Shown here: piece after piece, positions 1 through 9,700 of the stretch
Layout: every line of letters starts with the position of its first letter
How positions within the stretch are numbered: the first letter of the stretch is position 1
Source: an uncultured Verrucomicrobiales bacterium
GTDB taxonomy: Bacteria > Verrucomicrobiota > Verrucomicrobiia > Verrucomicrobiales > Akkermansiaceae
Length of the DNA: 64,000 nucleotides
Direction of reading: 5' to 3'
NCBI GenBank assembly: GCA_937958875.1
Contig: CALGMJ010000016.1
Location: 306 to 64,305, forward strand
The notes under the pieces: generated by a model
Databases searched by the model: none
What the model saw: the letters and a program-made list of their open reading frames with translations, nothing else
What the model was told of the DNA's origin: nothing
Program-made: the position numbers and the translations under genes

Positions 1-50
1 TGTGATTGTGATTCCGGTTGTCGCGGGTTCAAGCCCCGTCGGTCGCCCCA
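1..50 (+). tRNA. tRNA-His(GUG) 3' portion (about positions 27-76), either cut by the window edge or a partial att-like copy
   Basis: nt 6-50 give an anticodon loop TTGTGAT (GTG at 8-10), 3' anticodon stem TCCGG, variable loop TTGTC, T-arm GCGGG/TTCAAGC/CCCGT and acceptor 3' strand CGGTCGC. The discriminator is C73 (His-specific in bacteria) and CCA is encoded. It is colinear with E. coli tRNA-His as I recall it. The 5 nt before the loop (TGTGA) pair poorly with TCCGG. Confidence 0.7.
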
Positions 51-60
51 TTTTTAAATA

Positions 61-92
61 AGGCCTAGCGAGGATAAATCCTTGCTAGGCCT
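61..92. terminator. 12-bp hairpin just downstream of the tRNA-His segment (putative terminator)
   Basis: AGGCCTAGCGAG / CTTGCTAGGCCT stem (one G-U pair) with an 8-nt loop. It is flanked by TTTTTAAATA on the left and TAGCTTTG on the right, so its direction is ambiguous. Confidence 0.5.
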
Positions 93-318
93 TAGCTTTG
101 CCCACATCTAGGGAAGGCTGGCAGTAGCAGGGTGATCAAGTTTAGGGGCATTTTTTTAAGTGGGTAAAATCATGCTTGGACAACTGTTTAGTATTGGAGC
201 TTCAGAAACTTATAGGTGTGACGATTGTCATGAAGGAGCAGGCGTTGGATATCCGTGATGAGGGGTTCGGTGATTTATTGCAGTCGCTATAAATAGATGC
301 TGTGCCTACAAGAAGGAC

Positions 319-507
319 ATGAAGTTGGCGCAAGGGCAGGTTTGGAGGTCGGGAGAAGATTATTATCTCATCGTGGTGTGGGAACGTCTGGCAATTGAGT
401 ATAAGAAGATGGTCGATCTTGAAACCCGAGAGGGGACTCTGCATCAGGTGACGAAGAAGGAGTTTTGTCGTCTTATCAAAGGGGCAGAGCTCGTTCAGGG
501 GGCTTGA
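319..507 (+). CDS. hypothetical small protein (62 aa)
   Basis: ATG ORF preceded by the SD-like AGAAGGA 2 nt upstream. I recognise no family. Confidence 0.3.
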   Translation: MKLAQGQVWRSGEDYYLIVVWERLAIEYKKMVDLETREGTLHQVTKKEFCRLIKGAELVQGA

Positions 508-596
508 GCTAGCAGGGAGGCTTTTTCTAAGAAGGATGATGGGGGGAGAAGGGAGATAGTGCTGTTCATTGTCCTCGATGGGTGTTGGTCTCGGGC

Positions 597-1283
597 ATGA
601 AGCCTTACCTGAAGCTTGCGGAGTCCACGATGCCGGACGGCACCATTTATTCTCTCCACAAGCATGACGGGAAAATTTACCTGAAGTATAACGGCTTCGA
701 GCTGATGAGCACTTCGCTCACTTTTTCCGAGCAGATGTTGTCAGATGTCGGGTGTCAGGGGATCTTGGAAGGGGATTCTTCACGGCCTTCTCATCCGAAG
801 GTTCTCATTGGTGGGTTGGGCCTGGGGTTTACGCTGAAACGAGCGCTGGAGTTAGTAGGGAGCCCGGCGACGGTCGAGGTTGCTGAGCTGATGCCTCCCT
901 TGATCGAGTGGAATCGGACTCATCTCGTCGAGTTTAATGGGCCATTGTTAGAAGATCCTCGTACGAAAATCATTCAGGGTGATCTTTTCGATATTGTTTC
1001 GGATACGAAGTCTGAGACTTATGATGCCCTGCTCTTAGATATCGATAATACTCCAGACGATCTCATCACTTCTGGAAATGCCCGTCTTTATTCGCCTGGG
1101 TTTTTGGAGAAATTACGAAAGGTAATCACTCCGCGCGGGTGCATTGCTTACTGGCTCTCAGAGCCTGCCCCTAAGTTTAAAAAGTGCCTGATCAAGGCGG
1201 GCTTTAAGGTGGAAGAATTTGCTTCTAAGCCGCACGAAAAGTCAAAGCGCTCTCGTCATTGTATCCTACGGGCGCGGCGCTGA
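597..1283 (+). CDS. spermidine synthase-like / class I SAM-dependent methyltransferase family protein
   Basis: Has the Rossmann glycine motif VLIGGLGLGFT and an LLLDIDNTPDD segment typical of spermine/spermidine synthase-like proteins. An alternative GTG start lies at 582. Confidence 0.65.
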   Translation: MKPYLKLAESTMPDGTIYSLHKHDGKIYLKYNGFELMSTSLTFSEQMLSDVGCQGILEGDSSRPSHPKVLIGGLGLGFTLKRALELVGSPATVEVAELMPPLIEWNRTHLVEFNGPLLEDPRTKIIQGDLFDIVSDTKSETYDALLLDIDNTPDDLITSGNARLYSPGFLEKLRKVITPRGCIAYWLSEPAPKFKKCLIKAGFKVEEFASKPHEKSKRSRHCILRARR

Positions 1284-1285
1284 TT

Positions 1286-2335
1286 TTAGCTGGCTTTTTG
1301 TAAGCCTGGGGTGCGAGCAAGGCCTTTGATATGGCTAAATCCGACGAGTTTTCGCTCTTTTTCATCCCAGAGACGGTATGAAAGGGACTGAAATCCTTTT
1401 TTGAGGGTGAGTGGTTCAACGCTTTGAAAGATATCGTGAGAGTTATGACACTCCTCGAGATGGTAGTTCGGGATACGTGAACTGAGGTGATGGATATGAT
1501 GGTAGCCAATGTTTCCTGAAAACCACTGGAGTACTTTTGGGAGTTTGTAGAAGGAGCTTCCTTCGAGCGCGGCAGCGGTGAAATCCCAGTCTTCTTCCCG
1601 TTCCCAGTAGACGCCTTCAAATTGATGCTGCACGTAGAAGAGCCACACTCCTGAAGTGGCAGCAACAGCGATGGTCGTGAGCTGAATGAGGAGGTAGGGA
1701 AGCCAGCCGTAGATCGCGATCAGGACAGCTGCTAAGCTAAAAATGGCAGTGTTCATGAGCCAGACGGAGCGACGGTAGCTCTTTTTCGCTCCAGGGGTGG
1801 TGAAGCGTTCACGGATGAGGAAGAGGTAAAGAGGAGCGAGAAAAAAGAGAACGAAGGGATTTCTCATGCCGCGGTAGGTGAGGCGTTTCCAGCGGGGCGA
1901 GCTAAGGTATTCCTCCACGGTCATGGTCCAGACATCGCCGGTGCCACGTCGATCCAGATCTCCTGCGGCACTGTGATGCACGGCATGTTCCCATTTCCAA
2001 TGGGCGTAAGGGGTAAAAGTCAGGATGCCACAGATGAAGCCGACGATATTATTGGCTCTTTTCGATTTAAAAAATGATCCATGACCACAGTCGTGAAAGA
2101 TAATGAAGACGCGCACTAAAAGCCCCCCAGCAAGAAGAGCGATGGCGAAGGTGAGCCAGAATGAAACGGAGAGGGTGAAATACATCGCTACCCAGAGCGC
2201 GAGGTAGGCCCCAAGTGAGTTCACAATTTGCCAGAGGGCTTTTGCCTGGCTGGGCTTCGTGAAGGGATTCACGATTTTTTTCCATTCCTTGACCGTAGGC
2301 AGAGGAGGGAGGCTGGGGGATTTTGGATCGAGCAT
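1286..2335 (-). CDS. membrane fatty acid desaturase
   Basis: Three histidine boxes (HDCGH, HWKWEHAVHH, HHIHH) with hydrophobic segments between them. Confidence 0.85.
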   Translation of the reverse strand: MLDPKSPSLPPLPTVKEWKKIVNPFTKPSQAKALWQIVNSLGAYLALWVAMYFTLSVSFWLTFAIALLAGGLLVRVFIIFHDCGHGSFFKSKRANNIVGFICGILTFTPYAHWKWEHAVHHSAAGDLDRRGTGDVWTMTVEEYLSSPRWKRLTYRGMRNPFVLFFLAPLYLFLIRERFTTPGAKKSYRRSVWLMNTAIFSLAAVLIAIYGWLPYLLIQLTTIAVAATSGVWLFYVQHQFEGVYWEREEDWDFTAAALEGSSFYKLPKVLQWFSGNIGYHHIHHLSSRIPNYHLEECHNSHDIFQSVEPLTLKKGFQSLSYRLWDEKERKLVGFSHIKGLARTPGLQKAS

Positions 2336-2463
2336 GTGAAGGTGCGTGTCGCGCGAGCGACCTTGTTGGCAAAATTGATTTGGTCAAGGCAGGAGGGAGC
2401 GCTTTTCGTCTCTTTCTTACATTTTGCGTTTGGGGATGTGGGAACTTACCGCATGATCGAGCC

Positions 2464-3081
2464 ATGCCCCGCTGCGCCCAATCCGTTTATGAGGTTTTTG
2501 AGCATCAAAAGAGTGATCTTTTACGTGATTTGCTAAAAAACTCTGCTGATTTCCCTCAGGTGCTCGTTTTTCTGCAGTCACGCAAGAACGTGCATGAGGT
2601 GACAGCGATGTTGAATCGGGCGGGGATTTCAGTGGAATCGATCCATGGCACGACCAAGCCAGAGTTACGGACCCGAGCGATCGAGGATCTAAAATCAGGC
2701 ACGCTACAGGTCGTAGTTTCGACTAATGCGGTGGTGCAAAATTTTGATTTAGCGGGAATTTCAAAGATCCTCTATTTCGAATTTCACGAGCGGGATGAGG
2801 ATTATCTGGCTCGTCTTGAGTCGACAGAGGTGGAATCGCTCGTCCTGGTAACGCAGGAAAATCAGAACCAGCTCAAGAAGCTCGAAGCTCTGGTAGGGGA
2901 GGAAATTCCTCGCAAAACCTTGGCCGAATTCCCCTACGATACTCAGCCGAAATACGTGCCGCCGGTAAGAACTAAGGGTTACAGGCCGAATAAGACTGGT
3001 TCTAAGCCACTCCAGCATAAGAAGCCAAAGCTGAAAAATAAGGGGCCGCGGCGTAAGACGGGGCGCACTCGGAAGCGCTAG
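2464..3081 (+). CDS. helicase C-terminal (RecA2) domain-only protein with a polybasic tail
   Basis: VLVFLQSRKNVHEVTAMLNRAGISVESIHG...LQVVVSTNAVVQNFDL resembles DEAD-box motifs IV-V. No RecA1/DEAD domain is possible upstream because the divergent desaturase starts at 2335. The start is taken at M48 of the ORF-track entry. Confidence 0.6.
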   Translation: MPRCAQSVYEVFEHQKSDLLRDLLKNSADFPQVLVFLQSRKNVHEVTAMLNRAGISVESIHGTTKPELRTRAIEDLKSGTLQVVVSTNAVVQNFDLAGISKILYFEFHERDEDYLARLESTEVESLVLVTQENQNQLKKLEALVGEEIPRKTLAEFPYDTQPKYVPPVRTKGYRPNKTGSKPLQHKKPKLKNKGPRRKTGRTRKR

Positions 3082-3225
3082 GAACTGCTTCTCGCCGGAG
3101 CCTGAAATCGAACTCCCGCTTGACAAAAGAGGAGGTGAGCCTATCTGAAGGTAGGTGCGCGAAGGCGAATATTTTGTCGATGTTCACCTTTACCTTGGAA
3201 CCATTTACAAGAGAAGATCAACAAG

Positions 3226-4050
3226 ATGACAACAATACCGATGGAAGATAATTTCGAGGACATTCTCGGAAAGGCGATGCGTGGCACTGGCTTAAGTGAT
3301 CCTATTTTAGAATTTCTCACCGGAGTTCCTGAAGAAACGATCGTGAAACTCAAGGATGGTGTTTTTGATGAAGATGCTCTTCGTAAAGTAGCGGCTCCGT
3401 TAGGTCTGGACTCTGTCACTCTCGTGGAGCGAGCGAAGGAGAGCTGGACTCCAGAGCCAGTTAGCATCGAAGGACTTCGGCAGTTCAACACTCCTTTCGA
3501 AGATATGACGGTGAACTACTACCTCGTCTGGGATGCGGTGTCTAAAGAAGCTGCTATTTTCGATACAGGAACGGATGCGAGCGAGGGATTGAAATTAGTC
3601 GATGAACTTGGTCTGAAGCTGACTCACATGTTCATCTCCCACTCCCATCTGGATCATATTTTAGATCGTGCTGCGGTGGAAAAGCATAGCCCGGAGATCA
3701 AAACTTACGTGAATGCTTTTGAAGCCGTTGAGGGAGCTGATCGTTTTGTGGCCGGGAAGACGTTTTCTCTGGGAGGACTCACGATCGAGACTCGCATGAC
3801 AAAAGGACATTCTCCCGGAGGTACGAGCTATATCGTAAAAGGTTTAGCCGAGCAGATCGCGATTGTCGGTGATGCTCTCTTCGCTCAGTCTATGGGTGGT
3901 GGCATGATTTCTCACAGCGATGCTCTTGCTACGAACCGCAGCGAGCTCTTCACTCTTAGCGATGAGACCGTGGTCTGTCCTGGACACGGCCCCATGACGA
4001 CCGTGGGTGAAGAAAAAGCACACAATCCCTTTTTTCCTGAGTTTAAGTAA
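3226..4050 (+). CDS. MBL-fold metallo-hydrolase (glyoxalase II-like) with an N-terminal extra domain
   Basis: HSHLDH (HxHxDH) motif plus downstream His/Asp ligand context (GHSPGG, GDALF). Confidence 0.8.
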   Translation: MTTIPMEDNFEDILGKAMRGTGLSDPILEFLTGVPEETIVKLKDGVFDEDALRKVAAPLGLDSVTLVERAKESWTPEPVSIEGLRQFNTPFEDMTVNYYLVWDAVSKEAAIFDTGTDASEGLKLVDELGLKLTHMFISHSHLDHILDRAAVEKHSPEIKTYVNAFEAVEGADRFVAGKTFSLGGLTIETRMTKGHSPGGTSYIVKGLAEQIAIVGDALFAQSMGGGMISHSDALATNRSELFTLSDETVVCPGHGPMTTVGEEKAHNPFFPEFK

Positions 4051-4058
4051 AGAGCGGA

Positions 4059-5141
4059 ATGTCTGCTCAGGTCTTAATTATCGGTGGAGGAGTGAGCGGT
4101 TTACGGGCCGCTCAGCTCCTTCAGCAGAAAGGGATTTCATTTCGAATATTAGAGGGGGGGGCTGACTTCGGTGGTCGCGTCCGTACTTTGTTTCGAGAGG
4201 AAACACCGCTGGAGCTAGGTCCATCATGGTTTTGGCCTCAGGAGAATCCTCGCGTTACTCAATTGGTCAATGAACTCTCGCTGCCGAGTTTTTCTCAATA
4301 TACCGAGGGAGATGTCATCATCGATAATCAAGGATCGTTAGGGCGTCAGTCGCATCGGGCGATTGATCCACGGATTGCTTATCGTCTCACTGAAGGCTCA
4401 CGCTCACTCACTGATGCTTTAGTACGACAGTTGCCTGCTGAATGCCTTTTAAGAGATCATCAGGTCACTCATATTTCAGACCTTAAGGATGGGATAGAGG
4501 TAAAGGTGAAGACTCCGAGCGGGGAGGAGATCTTGAGAACTGAAAAAGTCATCATGGCAATGCCACTTCGCTTGCTTGAGGACTCAATTATTTTTTCTCC
4601 AGCACTGCCTGAAAAAATCGCTCATCATTTTCGTGAGACTTCAACCTGGATGGCGGGAGAGGCGAAATTTGTCGCCCTTTATCAAGAACCCTTTTGGCGG
4701 AAGGAAGGGCTTTCGGGAACTAGCTTCGGGAATGTTGGACCTCTTTCTGAAACTCACGACGCCTCGCATCCGAATGGGCGAGGAGCCTTGGTAGGATTCT
4801 GCATACCAGCACCACAACAGCGAGCTGCCATGGGCGAGGAACTTGTGCCGCTCTGCCTGAAACAAATAGCCCGCTACTTTGGCCCAAAAGCACTCGAACC
4901 CATAGAGGCGAGAGTGATGGATTGGTCGACAGAAGCAATGACTGCAACGGCGAAAGATGGCCCGCTTCATGAGCACCCGAGATATGGGCTTCCAGCTGAA
5001 GCGACATCTCTCTGGCAGGGAACTCTCAGATTTGCTGGGACTGAAGCGGCCAGAGGTCACGGTGGTTATCTGGAAGGAGCGCTAGAAGCAGCAGAGGCGG
5101 CAGTTGATGACATGGCGTCGTGTTGCGGCGATGAAAGATAA
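4059..5141 (+). CDS. FAD-dependent amine oxidase family oxidoreductase
   Basis: N-terminal dinucleotide-binding motif IIGGGVSGLRAA...LEGG..FGGR, and the C-terminal GTEAA..HGGYLEGALE motif typical of flavin amine oxidases. Confidence 0.75.
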   Translation: MSAQVLIIGGGVSGLRAAQLLQQKGISFRILEGGADFGGRVRTLFREETPLELGPSWFWPQENPRVTQLVNELSLPSFSQYTEGDVIIDNQGSLGRQSHRAIDPRIAYRLTEGSRSLTDALVRQLPAECLLRDHQVTHISDLKDGIEVKVKTPSGEEILRTEKVIMAMPLRLLEDSIIFSPALPEKIAHHFRETSTWMAGEAKFVALYQEPFWRKEGLSGTSFGNVGPLSETHDASHPNGRGALVGFCIPAPQQRAAMGEELVPLCLKQIARYFGPKALEPIEARVMDWSTEAMTATAKDGPLHEHPRYGLPAEATSLWQGTLRFAGTEAARGHGGYLEGALEAAEAAVDDMASCCGDER

Positions 5142-5237
5142 CATCGAAGCGGTTTAGTCGTTAGTTACGCCAAGTTTTATCTACCATCGCTCGCATCTAT
5201 GCCACAGTGGATCGAGTCCTCAAGCTCTGGGGTTGAG

Positions 5238-6713
5238 TTAAGCTAGCAGCTGTTTCACCACATGGCCGTGCACGTCGGTGAGGCGGAAGTGACGGCCTTG
5301 GTATTTGTAAGTGAGGGTCTGGTGATCCATGCCCATGAGGTTGAGGATGGTGGCTTGAAGGTCGTGCACGTGAATGGCGTGGTCTGAGACGTGGTGTTTG
5401 GTGGGATTATAGATCTCGTTGGGGGATTGAGTTGGGTTTATGATGTTGTATCCATAGGGATCGGTTTTTCCGACGGTGATACCAGGCTGGATTCCTCCGC
5501 CTGCCATCCAGATGGAAAAGCATCGTGGGTGGTGGTCACGTCCATAGTTTGTTTTTGTTAGTGATCCCTGGGAGTACGATGTTCTTCCGAATTCACCACC
5601 CCAGATGACGAGGGTGTCATCGAGCATGCCACGTTGTTTGAGATCTTTGATAAGCGCGGCTGAAGCTTGGTCGACCTCTTTGGCTTGGCCGCGAATTCCT
5701 TTGGGGAGATTGCTATGGTGGTCCCATCCTTGGTGGTAGAGCTGGATGAAACGGGTTCCACGTTCGGCGAGTCGGCGGGCGAGGAGGCAGTTCGCGGCGT
5801 AGGTGCCGGGTTTTCGACTATCTTCGCCATACATTTCGAAAACGGAATCAGGCTCGTCTGCAATTTCAGTCACTTCAGGGACGCTGCTCTGCATACGATA
5901 CGCCATTTCATATTGAGCGATACGTGACTGGATCTCGGGGTCGAGTTCCTTTCGGTAAGAGTGCTCATTAAGGGAGTTAATTTTATCGAGCACGGCTCGG
6001 CGGCGAGAATGGCAGACTCCATCGGGATTGCTCAGGTAGAGCACGGGGTCATTTCCGGAACGGAACTGAACGCCCTGGTGGCGAGAATCGAGAAAGCCAG
6101 AGCCCCAGAGGCGGGAGTAGAGAGGCTGTCCTCCTTGGTTAGCTGAGACGAGGACGATGAAGGAAGGCAAATTCTCATTGAGCGAACCGAGCCCGTAAGA
6201 AAGCCAAGCGCCGAAGGATGGTCGGCCCGCGATTTGTGAGCCCGTTTGGAAATAGGTGATAGCCGGATCATGGTTGATGGCCTCGGTATACATATTGCGG
6301 ACGATACAGATGTCATCGGCAATTTCTCGGTGGTAGGGAAGTAGTTCCGAGAGTTCCTGGCCTGATTTGCCATAGCGTCCGAAGTCGAAATGAGAACCTG
6401 CGAGGGGGATGCTGGTCTGATTACTCGACATCCCGGTGAGACGCTGGTTTCCGCGCACCGAGTTCGGTAGGTTTTCTCCATTCTTTTCACGGAGAAGAGG
6501 TTTGTGATCAAAGAGGTCTTGCTGGGCTGGCCCACCAGACTGAAAGAGATAGATGATACGTTTCGCCTTCGGGGCGATGTTCGCTAGGCCCTCGGGGATA
6601 CGGTCTTCTCCTTGGGCGAGGAGAGAGCTGAGTGCTAGCCCTCCAATTCCAGTAGCGGAACGAGAGAAAAAATGACGGCGATTAACCGAAAGCAGATCGT
6701 CTAGAGTATTCAT
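5238..6713 (-). CDS. DUF1501 (sulfatase-like) protein with a Tat signal
   Basis: Twin-arginine motif NRRHFFSRSATGIGGLAL. The overall sequence is typical of Planctomycetes/Verrucomicrobia DUF1501. The start is taken at the internal Met (6713), 17 nt after the stop of the upstream gene. Confidence 0.85.
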   Translation of the reverse strand: MNTLDDLLSVNRRHFFSRSATGIGGLALSSLLAQGEDRIPEGLANIAPKAKRIIYLFQSGGPAQQDLFDHKPLLREKNGENLPNSVRGNQRLTGMSSNQTSIPLAGSHFDFGRYGKSGQELSELLPYHREIADDICIVRNMYTEAINHDPAITYFQTGSQIAGRPSFGAWLSYGLGSLNENLPSFIVLVSANQGGQPLYSRLWGSGFLDSRHQGVQFRSGNDPVLYLSNPDGVCHSRRRAVLDKINSLNEHSYRKELDPEIQSRIAQYEMAYRMQSSVPEVTEIADEPDSVFEMYGEDSRKPGTYAANCLLARRLAERGTRFIQLYHQGWDHHSNLPKGIRGQAKEVDQASAALIKDLKQRGMLDDTLVIWGGEFGRTSYSQGSLTKTNYGRDHHPRCFSIWMAGGGIQPGITVGKTDPYGYNIINPTQSPNEIYNPTKHHVSDHAIHVHDLQATILNLMGMDHQTLTYKYQGRHFRLTDVHGHVVKQLLA

Positions 6714-6730
6714 GGGAAAATGAGGAAGAG

Positions 6731-9700
6731 TTATCGACGCCAGATAGTGAGATCGAGATTGAGGATGGCTTGGCAAACGGTGGTGAGAGCGGCGAGTGGA
6801 ACAGCCTCTAAAGATGGGTCCGCAGTTTGTTCTCCGTGCTTGATGAGCTTTTGGGCTTCCTCTGGTTTCTCTCGGTAGTGAGAGAGTTGTTCTTGGAGGA
6901 GTTCTTGCAGGATTTTAGATTCAGTTTCATCAGGAGCCCTACCGGTAAGGACGGTGAAGGAGAAAGGCACCCAACTAGATTCAGATGAATTTTGAGAGAT
7001 GGCTCTAGCGGCGAGTTCTCGAGATGCTTCGACAAACTGGACGTCGTTCATGAGGACGAGAGCCTGGAGAGGGGTGTTCGTCCGGGAGCGAGCGACCGAG
7101 CACACTTCACGAGTGGTGGCGTCGAAAGCCATCATGTTTGGTAGCGGGGCCGTTCGTTTCCATACCGAATAAAGTGAGCGTCGATAGAGGCTTTTACCAA
7201 CGGATTGCCGATAGGCTGGGGACATGGTGTTTGCTTCGCGCCAGAGATCTTTGCCTGGTTGGTAGGGGGATACTGGAGGGCCACCCATGTCGGGGTTCAT
7301 TAGTCCGGAAGCACTGAGGGCGAGATCACGGATCTGTTCAGCGGCGAGCCGGTAGGCGGCTCCGCGGGCCAGTTTTTGATTGGCTGGATCATTTTCTAGT
7401 GCTTCTGGCTTGGTGGCAGAATCCTGGCGGTAAGTGGCGGAGAGAACGATCGCTTTACAGAGCCGCTTGATATCCCAGCCTGAAGAAATGAAATCACGGG
7501 CGAGCCAGTCGAGCAGCTCAGGGTGAGTGGGAAGAGATCCTTGAAGTCCAAAGTTTTCAGGAGTGTCTACGAGGCCAGCTCCAAAAAAGCGTGCCCAAAG
7601 ACGGTTTACAAAAACGCGAGAGGTAAGTGGGTGGTCGGGGTGAAGGGTCCATTGGGCGAGGCCAAGGCGATCTTTCGGATAGGAATCAAAACGAGGACCG
7701 ATGTGCTCGAAAGTTTCTCGTTTTACGCGGACATCCTCAGTCTTAGGAGCATCGTACTCACCTCGGGCCAAAATGTAGGCCGGTCTTGGCGTGGCGAGTT
7801 CCTTCATGACCGGGATTTCCTGCATTGCTTCTTCCGCGAGGACTAGGTCATGTTGCGTTGAATCTCGCTGCTGGCGCCAGGTGCGATAGGCCGGCGAGTG
7901 TGCAGAGCGAAAATATAAAGAGACCTCCGGTGATGATGTTTCGGCTAGCTTGCTCACTAAGAGCTCAGGCTGGGTCAGGTGTTTGATTTCAAGAGAAGTA
8001 AGGTCTCGGGAAAAGAGGTGCAGTTCATCGACTAGTGCTCCGGCCAGGCCTCGGTCACGGAAGCGATATCCGAGGGCAAACTTTCCGCCATGTTGAACGG
8101 CGACCGCTGCGCTCTTTTGCACTTCATCACGTAAGATTTCCACTTCGAGAAGATTGCCGTCGAGGTAAAGCTTAAGCCCTTTGGCCTGACTGGAGGCGTC
8201 ATATGTGGCGGTCAGGGTGTGGAGGTTGCCCGCCGGGATGGGTTGTATGGTACGTACTCCGATGGCGTTTCCGGGCCAGACGCGATAGAGGCGGGATTCG
8301 ACATGTCCGTCCTCTAGCATGAGATCCCAGCCATTATATCCAGCATCTGTCCCTCGCGTAGTATGAGCAAGAACGGCGCGCGATTTTTTACGTTCATTCT
8401 CTTGAAAACGAATGGCAACGGTAAAGGGGGTCCAACGATCGAAGGGTTTGATCTCAGCGACGGTGATGCCACGGTCTCCATCAAGCGGAAGTGCTTTACG
8501 GTCGTTACCAAGATCGACGAGGGGAATGGTCGGAGAATGGTTGTGGTCATTTTCAGCAAAGTAGTAAGTCTCTTTGCTTGGTTTCTGAGAGAAATCGAGA
8601 TGAGCGATGAGGTCTGGGTAGAGAGCTTCGTGAGAAGGAGGTGCCCACTTTTCGTATTCTTTTCGTACTTGCTCGTTTAGTTGATCTTCTTGGGCTTTAA
8701 GTTGAGTGAGTTTTTGAACTGCTTCCTGAAGCGCTTTTTCTTGATTAGGAGTTGGTAGGAGAAGGCTGGGCGAAGGCACTTTTTCGGTGCGGTCGTACAT
8801 CCCGTTTTCATCAATGGAATTGAAAAAGGAGAACAACGAGTAGTAATCGCGCGCCGTGATGGGATCGTATTTATGATCATGGCAACGCGAGCATTCCATG
8901 GTGAGTCCGAGCATGGCGGTGCCATAGGTGTGAACTCGATCGGCAATGTTTTCCGTGCGCCATTCTTCAAAGATGGCACCACCTTCATTATTAAGGCGGT
9001 GGATACGATTAAAGGCGGTGGCGAGGTGCTGTTCGCGGGTTGGCTTTTCCAAGAGGTCGCCAGCGAGCTGCCAGGTTACGAATTTGTCGTAGGGAAGATT
9101 TTCGTTAAACGCTTTTACGACCCAGTCGCGGTAAGGCCACTGGGTGTTTAGTTTATCTGACTGATAACCATAAGAGTCGGCGTAACGCGCGGCGTCGAGC
9201 CAGCCTGTGGCAAGGTGCTCGCCGTAGCTTGGGCGTTTTAAAAGCTCATCAATGGTGAGTTCATAGGCCTGAGCTGGATTTGTTTTGAGTAAGTTCTGGA
9301 AGGTTTCGATATCCTGAATCTGTGGTGGTAGCCCGGTCAGGTCAAAATGGACCCGGCGTAACCAGCGTAGAGGATCCGCTTCAGAAGAGGGAGTGAGGTT
9401 TTCGTCTTCGAGTTTTGCGGCGACGAATTGATCGATGGGAGATTTTTTCCATGAGGCGAGTTTAGTAAGCTCAGGAAGCGGGACTTCTTTTGGCAGCGCT
9501 TTAAACGACCAATGAGGCTCGTATTCGGCCCCTTCTTCAATCCACTGTTTGATGAGTTTTTTTTCACGATCAGAGAGCGTGATTTTTGATTTTGGAGTGG
9601 GCATGACCAGTTCTGGGTCATCACTGATGATGCGCTGGTAGGCGACGGATGCTTCCGCATCTCCGGGGACGAGGGCATGTCCTGAGGATTCTTTCAATTT

